A DNA stretch of 64,000 bases from Candidatus Poribacteria bacterium (GTDB lineage: Bacteria > Poribacteria > WGA-4E > UBA9662). Of the stretch, positions 1 through 8,749 are shown piece after piece (position 1 is the stretch's first letter; every line of letters starts with the position of its first letter). The notes under the pieces were generated by a model, which was given only the letters and a program-made list of their open reading frames with translations, searched no databases and was not told the origin of the DNA. The DNA lies in contig JAYGDX010000201.1 in assembly GCA_046582655.1 (NCBI GenBank), forward strand, positions 1-64,000, given 5' to 3'. Made by a program: the position numbers and the translations under genes.

Positions 1-1
1 G

Positions 2-985
2 CTTCCTGCCATGGAAGAAGACTCCTCAGCCAATCGCCTGGGCTTGGCCAGATGGCTGGTAAATCCTGGTCATCCATTAACATCCAGAGTGACCGTCAAC
101 CGTTTCTGGCAACAGCTGTTTGGGACAGGCATAGTGGAGACGTCAGAAGATTTTGGCAGTCAAGGCCAACGTCCCAGCCATCCTGAACTGCTGGATTGGT
201 TAGCTATGGAGTTTATTGAATCGGGTTGGGATATCAAGCGGATGATGAAACTGATGTTGACTTCTGCCACCTATAGGCAGTCAAGTCAAGTCAGGTCTGA
301 AGTGCTGGTAAGAGATCCAGAGAATCGTTTACTGTCACGGGGCCCGCGTTTTCGTCTGGATGCGGAAATGTTGCGGGATCAGGCCTTGTCGGTCAGTGGT
401 TTATTGCGGGACAAGATAGGAGGTCCGAGTGTAAAACCGCCGCAACCAGACGGCCTTTGGTATGCTGTTGGATACACCGATTCCAATACAGCACGCTTTG
501 TTAAAGATGAAGGAGCGGAAAAGGTCCACCGTCGCAGTATGTACACCTTCTGGAAACGAACGTCACCGCCACCACAAATGAATATTCTGGATGCACCGTC
601 TCGGGAAGCCTGTACAGTCAGGCGAGAACGGACCAACACACCGCTGCAGGCACTGATGCTGATGAACGATCCACAATATGTGGAAGCAGCCAGAGCGTTT
701 GCGGAACGGGTAATAAAAGAAGGGGGGCAGACAGAAACGGATCGGCTGGCTTATGCCTTCGAGCTGGCAACGGCCCGCCAACCGGACGAACAGGAAGCCG
801 AAGCGTTATTGAGTACATTTCATACTCACCTGGAAGAGTTCAATTCCAATCCGGAAGCGGCCCAATCGTTAATTCAGATTGGAGAATTACCAGCGGACGA
901 AGCGCTTGTACCGGCTGAATTGGCGGCCTGGACGATGTTAACCAATTTGCTTTTGAACCTTGACGAAGTTTTAACCAAAGGCTAA
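2..985 (+). CDS. DUF1553 (PSD1) domain protein, C-terminal part (5' truncated by window edge)
   Basis: Motifs [71 protein letters not shown] typical of planctomycete DUF1553 proteins; frame open from base 2. Confidence 0.9.
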   Translation, partial: LPAMEEDSSANRLGLARWLVNPGHPLTSRVTVNRFWQQLFGTGIVETSEDFGSQGQRPSHPELLDWLAMEFIESGWDIKRMMKLMLTSATYRQSSQVRSEVLVRDPENRLLSRGPRFRLDAEMLRDQALSVSGLLRDKIGGPSVKPPQPDGLWYAVGYTDSNTARFVKDEGAEKVHRRSMYTFWKRTSPPPQMNILDAPSREACTVRRERTNTPLQALMLMNDPQYVEAARAFAERVIKEGGQTETDRLAYAFELATARQPDEQEAEALLSTFHTHLEEFNSNPEAAQSLIQIGELPADEALVPAELAAWTMLTNLLLNLDEVLTKG

Positions 986-995
986 GGAGAAATAA

Positions 996-2477
996 ATGGA
1001 TCCACTTAAAGAGTATCTGACGACTGAAACGCGAAGACAGTTTTTTGGTAAGGCAGCTATGGGGCTTGGTGCAGCAGCGCTGGCAACGCTGATGCCAGAA
1101 TATAGTTTCGGGGCAATTAATAAAGGGACAGATTCAGCCCAGTTCACAAATGGGGCTTTGGGTTCACTTCACTTTGCGCCTAAGGCCAAACGTGCGATTT
1201 ACCTGTTCATGTCTGGAGCACCATCCCAGCTGGACATGTTTGATTACAAACCCAAAATGGCCGATTGGTTTGATGTTGATCTACCTGAATCTATCCGTAT
1301 GGGGCAACGGTTGACTACTATGACTTCCGGTCAGTCGCGTTTTCCGGTTGCACCATCAATTTATAATTTTAAAAAGTATGATAATGGTGGCGATGGCGCA
1401 TGGGTTAGCGAATTACTGCCTCATACTGCCACCATGGTCAAGGACTTGGCTTTCATCAAAACTGTGTATACAGAAGCCATTAATCACGATCCGGCAATCA
1501 CTTACATTTGTACTGGAGACCAACTGCCTGGCAAACCGAGTTTAGGCGCTTGGCTCAGCTACGGTTTGGGCAGTGACAACGAGGATTTACCAGCTTTTGT
1601 GGTGATGAACGCTACCTGGACAGGTCGTAAATCCGCGCAAGCACTCTACAATCGACTTTGGGGGTCAGGTTTTCTACCGTCCGAACATCAAGGAGTATTA
1701 CTCCGCAGTGGCGGAGATCCTGTATTGTTCCTGTCTAATCCAGCTGGCGTTAGTGCTAAGGCTAGAGAACGAATGCTAAAAACACTGAACCAATTGAATC
1801 AAAAGCAATATGAGGAGGTCGGAGATCCAGAAACGCACGCGCGCATCTCGCAATATGAAATGGCCTTCCGTATGCAGACTTCCGTGCCTGAGTTGACTGA
1901 TATCTCCACGGAACCGCAATATATTCTGGATATGTACGGTCCTGATGTTCATAAACCGGGAACGTTCGCCTATTGCTGTCTGTTGTCTAGACGCTTGGCG
2001 GAACGTGGTGTGCGATTTACACAGATTTTTCACCGTGGCTGGGACCAACATGGGAATCTTCCAGGAGACCTGCCCAATCAGTGTCGTGATATTGATCAAC
2101 CAGCAACAGCTTTAATTCAGGATCTCAAACAACGTGGTATGCTGGATGACACATTGGTAGTCTGGGGTGGGGAGTTTGGCCGCACCATCTATTGTCAAGG
2201 TGGATTGTCCCGCACCAATTATGGTCGTGATCACCATCCCAAATGCTACACTAAATGGATGGCGGGTGGTGGCGTTCAAGGTGGGGTTGTACATGGTGAA
2301 ACCGATGCTTTCAGTTACAATATCGTTCGGGATCCTGTACATATACATGACCTCAACGCAACTATCCTTAATCAACTGGGCATTGATCATCGGCGTCTGA
2401 CAGTCAAGTTTAAGGGATTGGACCACAGATTGACTGGTGTGGAGGAAGCACATGTTGTCAGGGACATTCTGGCTTAA
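996..2477 (+). CDS. DUF1501 domain protein (sulfatase-like) with twin-arginine signal
   Basis: N-terminal [61 protein letters not shown] motifs; AAGGAG RBS; follows the DUF1553 gene as usual. Confidence 0.92.
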   Translation: MDPLKEYLTTETRRQFFGKAAMGLGAAALATLMPEYSFGAINKGTDSAQFTNGALGSLHFAPKAKRAIYLFMSGAPSQLDMFDYKPKMADWFDVDLPESIRMGQRLTTMTSGQSRFPVAPSIYNFKKYDNGGDGAWVSELLPHTATMVKDLAFIKTVYTEAINHDPAITYICTGDQLPGKPSLGAWLSYGLGSDNEDLPAFVVMNATWTGRKSAQALYNRLWGSGFLPSEHQGVLLRSGGDPVLFLSNPAGVSAKARERMLKTLNQLNQKQYEEVGDPETHARISQYEMAFRMQTSVPELTDISTEPQYILDMYGPDVHKPGTFAYCCLLSRRLAERGVRFTQIFHRGWDQHGNLPGDLPNQCRDIDQPATALIQDLKQRGMLDDTLVVWGGEFGRTIYCQGGLSRTNYGRDHHPKCYTKWMAGGGVQGGVVHGETDAFSYNIVRDPVHIHDLNATILNQLGIDHRRLTVKFKGLDHRLTGVEEAHVVRDILA

Positions 2478-2522
2478 TTTGATTAAGAACAATTTTTAAG
2501 GTATTTGAAAGGTAAATCTTAA

Positions 2523-4199
2523 ATGTATACTCGTCTACCAAGGCCGGTTTATATTGTCTTGCTTATAATGATTCTCTTTGCACTTGGTGTGCCACAACTA
2601 ATTTCGCAGGAAAGTGGTGAGAATCAGAACATAGTCGCTTTTGAAATCCAATCGCTATTGTCTAAAAAATGCTACGACTGTCATGGTGTTGACAGGCAGA
2701 AAAGTGGACTTCGGTTGGATGATCGTCCTCGTGCGCTAGCTGGTGGTAACAGTAAAAAAGCAGGCATTGTTCCAGGTGATGCGGTAGCCAGTGCCATCGT
2801 TTACCGAATGACTTTGCCGTCGGATCACGAAAGTGCTATGCCGCCCAAAGACCGAGAAAAGCTGACTTCAGATGAAATCCTGAACATTATTCACTGGATT
2901 TACTCTGGAGCCAATTGGCCGGTTTACACGGATGATCAGGAATTGGATATAGAAAAATCAACTGAGGAAACAGTCCAAACGACTGCCCCTTCTCCATCTG
3001 GAAAGGTTGAAGGGCAAGTTAATTACAACCGTGATATTCTGTCTGTTTTTGCCAAGAATTGTACGCAATGCCATGGTACGGACGACAAGGCGGCAGACTT
3101 AAGTTTGGATTCTGCGACCGCTCTTTCGGAAGCCAATGCGGATGGTGAGATAATTGTACCGGGTAACCCGGAGGAAAGTGAGTTGTTTCGCCGGATTTCT
3201 CTACCTGCCGGCGATGGGGACATCATGCCACCTGCCGAGGAAGGCGATCCATTAACACAAGAACAGATAGAACTCATTCGCCAGTGGATAGCAGAAGGGG
3301 CAAACTTCGGCGAAATTAATTCAGAAGATGAGACCGCGGATTCTGAAGCCGAATTAGTACGGGTTCTACCTGCTTCTGACCAAGCCATGGCCGCCTTGAA
3401 AACCACAGGTGCCCTAGCCTTACCATTGGCACAGGATACAAACTTTATCCAAGTTGACTTCAGTCTGGTTTCAGATCAGATTGGAGATGAACATCTGAGT
3501 CTATTAACACCAGTTGCTGAACAATTAAGCTGGTTAAACCTGTCAAAAAGCAAAGTCAGTGATGCTGGTCTGGAACTGCTGGCAAAATTTACCAATCTGA
3601 AAAGACTGCATCTTGAAAACACCGAGATAGGTGACGCGGGATTAACACATCTCAAATCCCTTCCTAACTTAGAATACCTGAACCTGTATGGGACAAATAT
3701 CAGTGATGCTGGTCTCCAAGAACTAACTGATATTAAAAATCTGAAGAAAGTTTATCTCTGGCGAACAAAAGTTACTGAAGATGGTATCCCTCAATTACGG
3801 GCCGCTCGGCCTGAACTGGATATCAGCTTTGGCTGGGAATATGAACTTAAGCAGAAACTTCTGGATCGGTTGGGAGAACCGATCAGTAAATCGTTAAAAC
3901 TCTCGCAAACGGCCGCCATTGCCGCTATTGTTAATTTGGTGGTGAAGGACGACTTGCAGACAGTTAGTGTTCTTGAAAAAGAGATCGACGGCAAACGTCA
4001 GGCTCTTGTTGAGCAGAAGGCAAAAACTGAACAAGAAGCATATACTAAGCTGGTTTCTCTATTTGATGAAGGTAGTTGTTGCGCTAATGCTCACAAAGAC
4101 GGGAAAAAATGCGACCATCAATGCTGTCTTGATGCTTTTGCCCAGAACAAAGTTTGCTCGAAATGTAATCCCGGTGCGGCTGAGCAGAAAACAAATTAA
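2523..4199 (+). CDS. Secreted protein with two planctomycete cytochrome c domains, leucine-rich repeats and a Cys-rich C-terminus
   Basis: Signal-like N-terminus; CYDCH and CTQCH heme motifs each followed by IVPG...MPP...I..WI..GA; LRR units (LSWLNLSKSKVSDAGL, LKRLHLENTEIGDAGL, LEYLNLYGTNISDAGL); terminal CC..C.H.CC..C..C cluster. Confidence 0.85.
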   Translation: MYTRLPRPVYIVLLIMILFALGVPQLISQESGENQNIVAFEIQSLLSKKCYDCHGVDRQKSGLRLDDRPRALAGGNSKKAGIVPGDAVASAIVYRMTLPSDHESAMPPKDREKLTSDEILNIIHWIYSGANWPVYTDDQELDIEKSTEETVQTTAPSPSGKVEGQVNYNRDILSVFAKNCTQCHGTDDKAADLSLDSATALSEANADGEIIVPGNPEESELFRRISLPAGDGDIMPPAEEGDPLTQEQIELIRQWIAEGANFGEINSEDETADSEAELVRVLPASDQAMAALKTTGALALPLAQDTNFIQVDFSLVSDQIGDEHLSLLTPVAEQLSWLNLSKSKVSDAGLELLAKFTNLKRLHLENTEIGDAGLTHLKSLPNLEYLNLYGTNISDAGLQELTDIKNLKKVYLWRTKVTEDGIPQLRAARPELDISFGWEYELKQKLLDRLGEPISKSLKLSQTAAIAAIVNLVVKDDLQTVSVLEKEIDGKRQALVEQKAKTEQEAYTKLVSLFDEGSCCANAHKDGKKCDHQCCLDAFAQNKVCSKCNPGAAEQKTN

Positions 4200-4235
4200 A
4201 GCATTCCCTATGAATCAGCAGATTGCAACTCTTAG

Positions 4236-4280
4236 GTCTCCCTCTGTCTTGCTACGTCATCAATAGATTGGGACTTTTTT
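4236..4280 (+). terminator. Possible intrinsic terminator after the cytochrome/LRR gene
   Basis: Imperfect stem GTCTC-CC-TCTGT / ATAGA-TT-GGGAC with a long loop, followed by T6. Confidence 0.3.
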
Positions 4281-4355
4281 CTTGTCTTCATCTCCGTTTT
4301 TACTGATGGTTGATTGACTAGGGAGTGTTCTGGGGATACTTTTTTAGAGAATTTA

Positions 4356-5057
4356 ATGTTGCTAGACGCCAAAGGCATCACAAGAAAACTTGGTCACAGA
4401 AATATCCTTAGTAACGTTGATATATCAATTCATGCTGGTGAGGTCGTCTCAGTATTTGGTGCCAATGGTGCTGGAAAAACGACGCTGATCAAAATTCTCT
4501 CCACACTTTTACCCCCAACATCTGGAGAAATTTGGATTAACGGTCTCGAAGTGAAAAAGCATCGTGATGCTGTTCGAAGGTTGGTCGGCGTGGTCTTACA
4601 TGAACCGCTGGCTTATCTTGATTTGAGTCCGTACGAAAATCTGAAATTTCTGGGTAGGATCTACAATATTAGATCTATGGAAGAACGAATCCATCATCTC
4701 CTGTCGGATGTCGGTCTTAATCAATTTGCACGAGAGCCGATGAAAAACTTCTCGCGAGGTATGATTCAGCGTTTTATGATAGCCAAAGCATTATTACATG
4801 ATCCTCCAATTTTATTTCTTGATGAACCGTTTTCCGGACTTGATATCTCCGCTGTCAACTTGATGATCAATCGTATTGAGTTGGAGCGTCAACGAAACAA
4901 AGGAATTCTTCTGACTACACATAACCTTGAATTCGGGTACCGTGTTGGATCACGCTTCCATTTTCTGGTCAATGCAGATATCGAAAGCTTAGGTGACAAG
5001 CAACAAATTAGGCTGGAAGAATTAACTGCCAACTACGAACAAAGATTGAACTCATAA
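4356..5057 (+). CDS. ABC transporter ATP-binding protein (CcmA-like)
   Basis: Walker A GANGAGKTT, signature FSRGMIQR, Walker B LFLDEPFSGLD, H-loop LTTH; ATG 4356 preferred over TTG 4314. Confidence 0.85.
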   Translation: MLLDAKGITRKLGHRNILSNVDISIHAGEVVSVFGANGAGKTTLIKILSTLLPPTSGEIWINGLEVKKHRDAVRRLVGVVLHEPLAYLDLSPYENLKFLGRIYNIRSMEERIHHLLSDVGLNQFAREPMKNFSRGMIQRFMIAKALLHDPPILFLDEPFSGLDISAVNLMINRIELERQRNKGILLTTHNLEFGYRVGSRFHFLVNADIESLGDKQQIRLEELTANYEQRLNS

Positions 5058-5081
5058 TTATAAATCAGACAGGGAGAAATT

Positions 5082-5714
5082 ATGGCACTGCCTTTTACTG
5101 ATGTCAGTCGATATCTGACCGAAGTAACACCCGCACGCGATGAAGTGTTGACTGAAATGGAAAATTACGCTCGTGAGAATCGCTTCCCGATTGTCGGGCC
5201 TACTTCCGGTTCATTTCTGCATCAAATGGTGCTTCTAACTAGCCCAAAACGCATATTTGAAATGGGGTCGGGCTTTGGCTATTCTTCCTACTGGATGGCC
5301 AAAGCTTTAAAAGACCCGGAAGCAAAGATAACCTGTACCGACGGTTCGGCGGAGAACGCTGAACGCGCGACAGGTTATTTCCAGCGAGGTGGTATCTCCG
5401 ATCGAATTGATTACCAGATAGGAAACGCGCTTGAAATTATTGACCAAACAGTGGGTGAGTTCGATATTATCTATAACGACATTGATAAAGATAGCTATCC
5501 GGAAGCATTTCGTAAAGCTATACCGCGTCTGCGGAGCGGAGGACTCTTTATTACCGATAATCTGTTGTGGCAGGGGCGAGTGATGAGCAATGAGGATCAG
5601 AGCCCAACAACGCTGGGAATCAAGGAGTTGACACGACTACTCTATGGATCCACAGAGGTCTTTACAACGATTATTCCGCTGAGAGACGGGCTTGCTGTTT
5701 CGGTAAAGTATTAA
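5082..5714 (+). CDS. SAM-dependent O-methyltransferase (family 3, caffeoyl-CoA-like)
   Basis: IFEMGSGFGYS SAM motif, FDIIYNDIDK..Y, LRSGGLFITDNLLWQG, IIPLRDGL; GGGAG RBS. Confidence 0.9.
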   Translation: MALPFTDVSRYLTEVTPARDEVLTEMENYARENRFPIVGPTSGSFLHQMVLLTSPKRIFEMGSGFGYSSYWMAKALKDPEAKITCTDGSAENAERATGYFQRGGISDRIDYQIGNALEIIDQTVGEFDIIYNDIDKDSYPEAFRKAIPRLRSGGLFITDNLLWQGRVMSNEDQSPTTLGIKELTRLLYGSTEVFTTIIPLRDGLAVSVKY

Positions 5715-6709
5715 CCGAGCACTTCCTCAATTGTGCTTATTGCCAGATCTGTAGTGATGTTGCGATCTGCTGCTATGGTATGTGGCAGTTGATGTTCTTT
5801 AACATAAGCGGATAAACCGACTAAGGTGTTAATTATCATTTTTTCTGTAACACCCGGTGGTCGATAATTGATCCTTAGTTGTTCCAATGTTGTTTGATAA
5901 GGTTGCCATTCCTGATCTTGGAGAGCAGACATCAGCAGGATTCCTAAACCAACTAGATCCCCATGCAGTGCGTGTTCATTCAGAAAATTTTCCAACGAAT
6001 AGACAAAATGATGTTCGCTACCTTCTTCAAGCCGGCTGTGTCCACACAGGTAACAGAGTTGAACTTCCAAACAAAGTAGATCGAATAAAACTTTCATTCC
6101 GGCAGCAGTACCGTTTCCAATCTCTTTAGCATTCTTAATTAGATTCTTTAAAATCGCATTTCCGATTTCAACGGCATGCGACTCAATCATTTGGTTGGAT
6201 GGATTTTTTCCCGTGTCCTGTGCATATTGCCAATCCCACATTCCTGTGGCTATGGATAACACATCTGCCGCTCCATTTGTCCTCATTACTATCGGAGCAC
6301 GGCAGAGCAAATCGATATCAACCAGAACCAGATCTGGGGATTTTGAAGCTAGGTAGCGAACACAGCCGTTAATTCGAACTCCAGTCGCGTCCGTCAGGAA
6401 GGCATCAGTTGACAGAACCGTTGGTACGGCAAAGAGAGATTTTTTAAGATGTGCCGCCACATATTTTGCTGTGTCAATAGCGAGTCCACCACCGATTCCA
6501 TACACAACTTCCCCCTCTGCTTGGTTAACAAAGTGGTCCATCGTGGGTTTGGTTGCTTCGGCAACATAAAATTTCTGGTGGGGGAAGATATCAAGCTGAT
6601 CTTTGACAAGGTCCCATACTTGCTCGGTAGTAAAAACTACAGCAGATCTTTTATCGTTCCACTTTCGAAGTGATTGCCTTTCGATCTCAGGCAAAGACGG
6701 AATTTTCAT
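5711..6709 (-). CDS. Glycerol-1-phosphate dehydrogenase-like (EgsA/AraM) metal-dependent dehydrogenase
   Basis: GIGGGLAIDTAKY, VPTVLSTDAF, SRLEEGSEHHF, ALHGDLVGLG resemble G1PDH motifs; GAGAGGA RBS. Confidence 0.75.
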   Translation of the reverse strand: MKIPSLPEIERQSLRKWNDKRSAVVFTTEQVWDLVKDQLDIFPHQKFYVAEATKPTMDHFVNQAEGEVVYGIGGGLAIDTAKYVAAHLKKSLFAVPTVLSTDAFLTDATGVRINGCVRYLASKSPDLVLVDIDLLCRAPIVMRTNGAADVLSIATGMWDWQYAQDTGKNPSNQMIESHAVEIGNAILKNLIKNAKEIGNGTAAGMKVLFDLLCLEVQLCYLCGHSRLEEGSEHHFVYSLENFLNEHALHGDLVGLGILLMSALQDQEWQPYQTTLEQLRINYRPPGVTEKMIINTLVGLSAYVKEHQLPHTIAADRNITTDLAISTIEEVLG

Positions 6710-7302
6710 CTAGTAATCCTCTCAATTAAAGACTAAATAAAATTGCAAAACCGGTGTAGTTATGACATGAAAGGAACTTCGTCAAGCTGCCATTCAACGA
6801 AGGGATAGCATGCCGGGACAGGTTCGAATTATATCAAGCAACCGTATTATTTTCGATCGACTGAAAAATCCTGTCGATTTTGTTGAGGTGATAATGATTT
6901 ACCCTAGTATGAGTGAGTGAGGTGGAGACATACAGGGTTATTAGTTACCTCGCTGCTTGTCAAAAAACGGTAACCACTCCTAACTTGTACCGTATCAAAT
7001 CCGAAATTGATGATAAATCTAGAACTCCATCGGTTTGGTATGCGTGAGCCGAATCCTGGTTTATGCTCCTATTTCTCTCCGAATTAATCGATCTGGTTTT
7101 GTGATCTAGCCTGTTGTTCGACCGACAACGTTACTGAATTGGTTGCGGTAAATTATTTATGATCGGCTACTTAACTAAGTGTACCAAGGCGACCTCAATT
7201 GGCCTAGCATTTGGCATGCTAATTGTTGATGGTATCAGCCCTAAACCGTGAGGTCTCTCATTAAGGTGTTAACAAAGACCCACATTTGGATGAGTTTCAC
7301 CG

Positions 7303-8316
7303 TTAATAGCAACTCGTGTTGGTCCAATCGAAGATAACGCCGAGGTATTGATCCGGGTGGTTGAGAAGTCCATCATAAGCAGATTCAGCCTGGTCGGGCG
7401 GTATAATATGAGTGATCAACTCTTCAATATGAACCTGATTACTTTCCATTAATCGAAAAAAAATCTCCGCATTTCGTGCCATGGAGTGTTTGGTGTACCC
7501 GTCTGGATATAGAGGATAACGCCATTCATGTGCACCCCTTAGTTGGATACTACCATGAGGTCGCCATAGGTGTACTGAATTTAAAAGAGGTACCATATCC
7601 GTTGCATACTCTCCACGGGGAGAACCCAGAAGAATAATTTCGCCTTGTTTCATGCATATCGAAGTTGCCAAATCAATTGTTTCTGGATTACCTGTCGCTT
7701 CGACGACATAGTCTACGCCTCGACCGTTTGTTAAATTCATGATTTCCGTTTGGATGTTTTGCTTGTTAGCAGAGAACGTGTGCGGAATAGCACATCTTCT
7801 AGCTATCTCCAAGCGCTTTTCAACCGTATCGATAGCAACAACCTCCACTCCTGCATTTCGAAGAAGTTGACCACAGAGGTTACCGACAACTCCCATACCA
7901 ATTACAGCGGCGTGATCACCAAGTTCCGGTCTGGCAACACGCAAAACCGTCATTGCCACTAAGCCGAGGCCAACGAGTGTAGCATGGCATGGATTCATTT
8001 TTCCTGGCACTTTAACGCAGAAACGACCTGGTTTTGTATGACTGATATGAGGCGTATGTGCAAAGACGTAATCTCCGACCGAAAAATCTTGCATGCTGTT
8101 ACCAATTTCAATTACTTGACCAACAGCACGATTACCAGGAATAAATGGATAATTGACTTGCTGTAGACCTGTTAGCTTTGCCAGTTCCGTTCCTGCGCTA
8201 ACTAGACTATAGTAAGTACGGATCAGCATCTCGTCGGCATTGAGTGAAAAATCGGCCTTTTTTTGTTCGTAGATGACAGTTCCAATTTCAGAAAAACAGA
8301 TTTGTGTCATATTCAT
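7303..8316 (-). CDS. MDR-family (zinc-binding-type) alcohol dehydrogenase
   Basis: SLVSAGTE, YPFIPGN, Rossmann VIGMGVVG, GVDYVVEATG, ELITH. Confidence 0.88.
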   Translation of the reverse strand: MNMTQICFSEIGTVIYEQKKADFSLNADEMLIRTYYSLVSAGTELAKLTGLQQVNYPFIPGNRAVGQVIEIGNSMQDFSVGDYVFAHTPHISHTKPGRFCVKVPGKMNPCHATLVGLGLVAMTVLRVARPELGDHAAVIGMGVVGNLCGQLLRNAGVEVVAIDTVEKRLEIARRCAIPHTFSANKQNIQTEIMNLTNGRGVDYVVEATGNPETIDLATSICMKQGEIILLGSPRGEYATDMVPLLNSVHLWRPHGSIQLRGAHEWRYPLYPDGYTKHSMARNAEIFFRLMESNQVHIEELITHIIPPDQAESAYDGLLNHPDQYLGVIFDWTNTSCY

Positions 8317-8433
8317 TTTTTACCTAACTCAACCTTGATTGTGTCGGCATGTCGAATTAAAGGGGAATTAATGGACAAGCGAGAGATTTACTGGCCTAAT
8401 TTGAATGCTATTTTGTTCGCTAAATACCGTATA

Positions 8434-8462
8434 TTGACATACTTTTTCCTGTTTGTTATAAT
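8434..8462 (+). promoter_or_regulatory. Sigma70-type promoter of the metG leader
   Basis: Perfect TTGACA (8434-8439), 17-nt spacer, TATAAT (8457-8462). Confidence 0.85.
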
Positions 8463-8487
8463 CGTTCGCATTGTCAGACGGTTAAGA

Positions 8488-8589
8488 ATGAGTTTAGAAT
8501 TAACAACTTTCACTTTAGCGTTTTTAATTTGTCAAAGAGTTAGCGCAATTATTATGATTTTCATGATGGTTGAATTAAATGGCGGGTGA
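8488..8589 (+). CDS. Putative Met-rich metG leader peptide (MSLELTTFTLAFLICQRVSAIIMIFMMVELNGG; alternative start 8554 gives MIFMMVELNGG)
   Basis: Lies between the promoter and terminator; ATG codons at 8554, 8563, 8566; TGA 8587-8589 lies within the antiterminator 5' arm; RBS weak. Confidence 0.55.
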   Translation: MSLELTTFTLAFLICQRVSAIIMIFMMVELNGG

Positions 8590-8620
8590 ATCTATCTAAA
8601 ACTCATGGTGGTAGACGCCC
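8584..8620 (+). promoter_or_regulatory. Putative antiterminator hairpin of the metG attenuator
   Basis: GGGTG(8584-8588)-AA bulge-TCTATC(8591-8596) pairs with GGTAGA(8610-8615)-CGCCC(8616-8620), sequestering the base of the terminator. Confidence 0.5.
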
Positions 8621-8649
8621 TTCATTGGATAACAATGGCGGGCTTTTTT
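8617..8649 (+). terminator. Intrinsic terminator in the metG leader
   Basis: GCCC-TT-CATTG / GATAA loop / CAATG-GC-GGGC followed by T6; ends 100 nt before the metG ATG. Confidence 0.75.
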
Positions 8650-8749
8650 GTTGATCTATCTCGAACAAAGCTGACAAATACGAGGGACTTTAACCGGGTT
8701 TTTTGCGCCAGCCTATCGTTTTTTTGCGTGTGAGGAGCTATAAAGATTT

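Noticed and set aside
6720..7300. 580-nt gap as a structured ncRNA
   Set aside because: No recognisable RNA family motif or strong stems by eye; it reads more like decayed coding sequence of unknown family
8263..8589. 108-aa ORF upstream of metG
   Set aside because: It spans the consensus promoter and overlaps the divergent ADH start; only its 3' part (from 8488 or 8554) can be on the metG transcript
8470..8650. T-box or SAM riboswitch in the metG leader
   Set aside because: GGTGGTAGAC only loosely resembles the T-box (GGTGGNACC); I found no stem I motifs or SAM-I core; an Rfam scan is still needed
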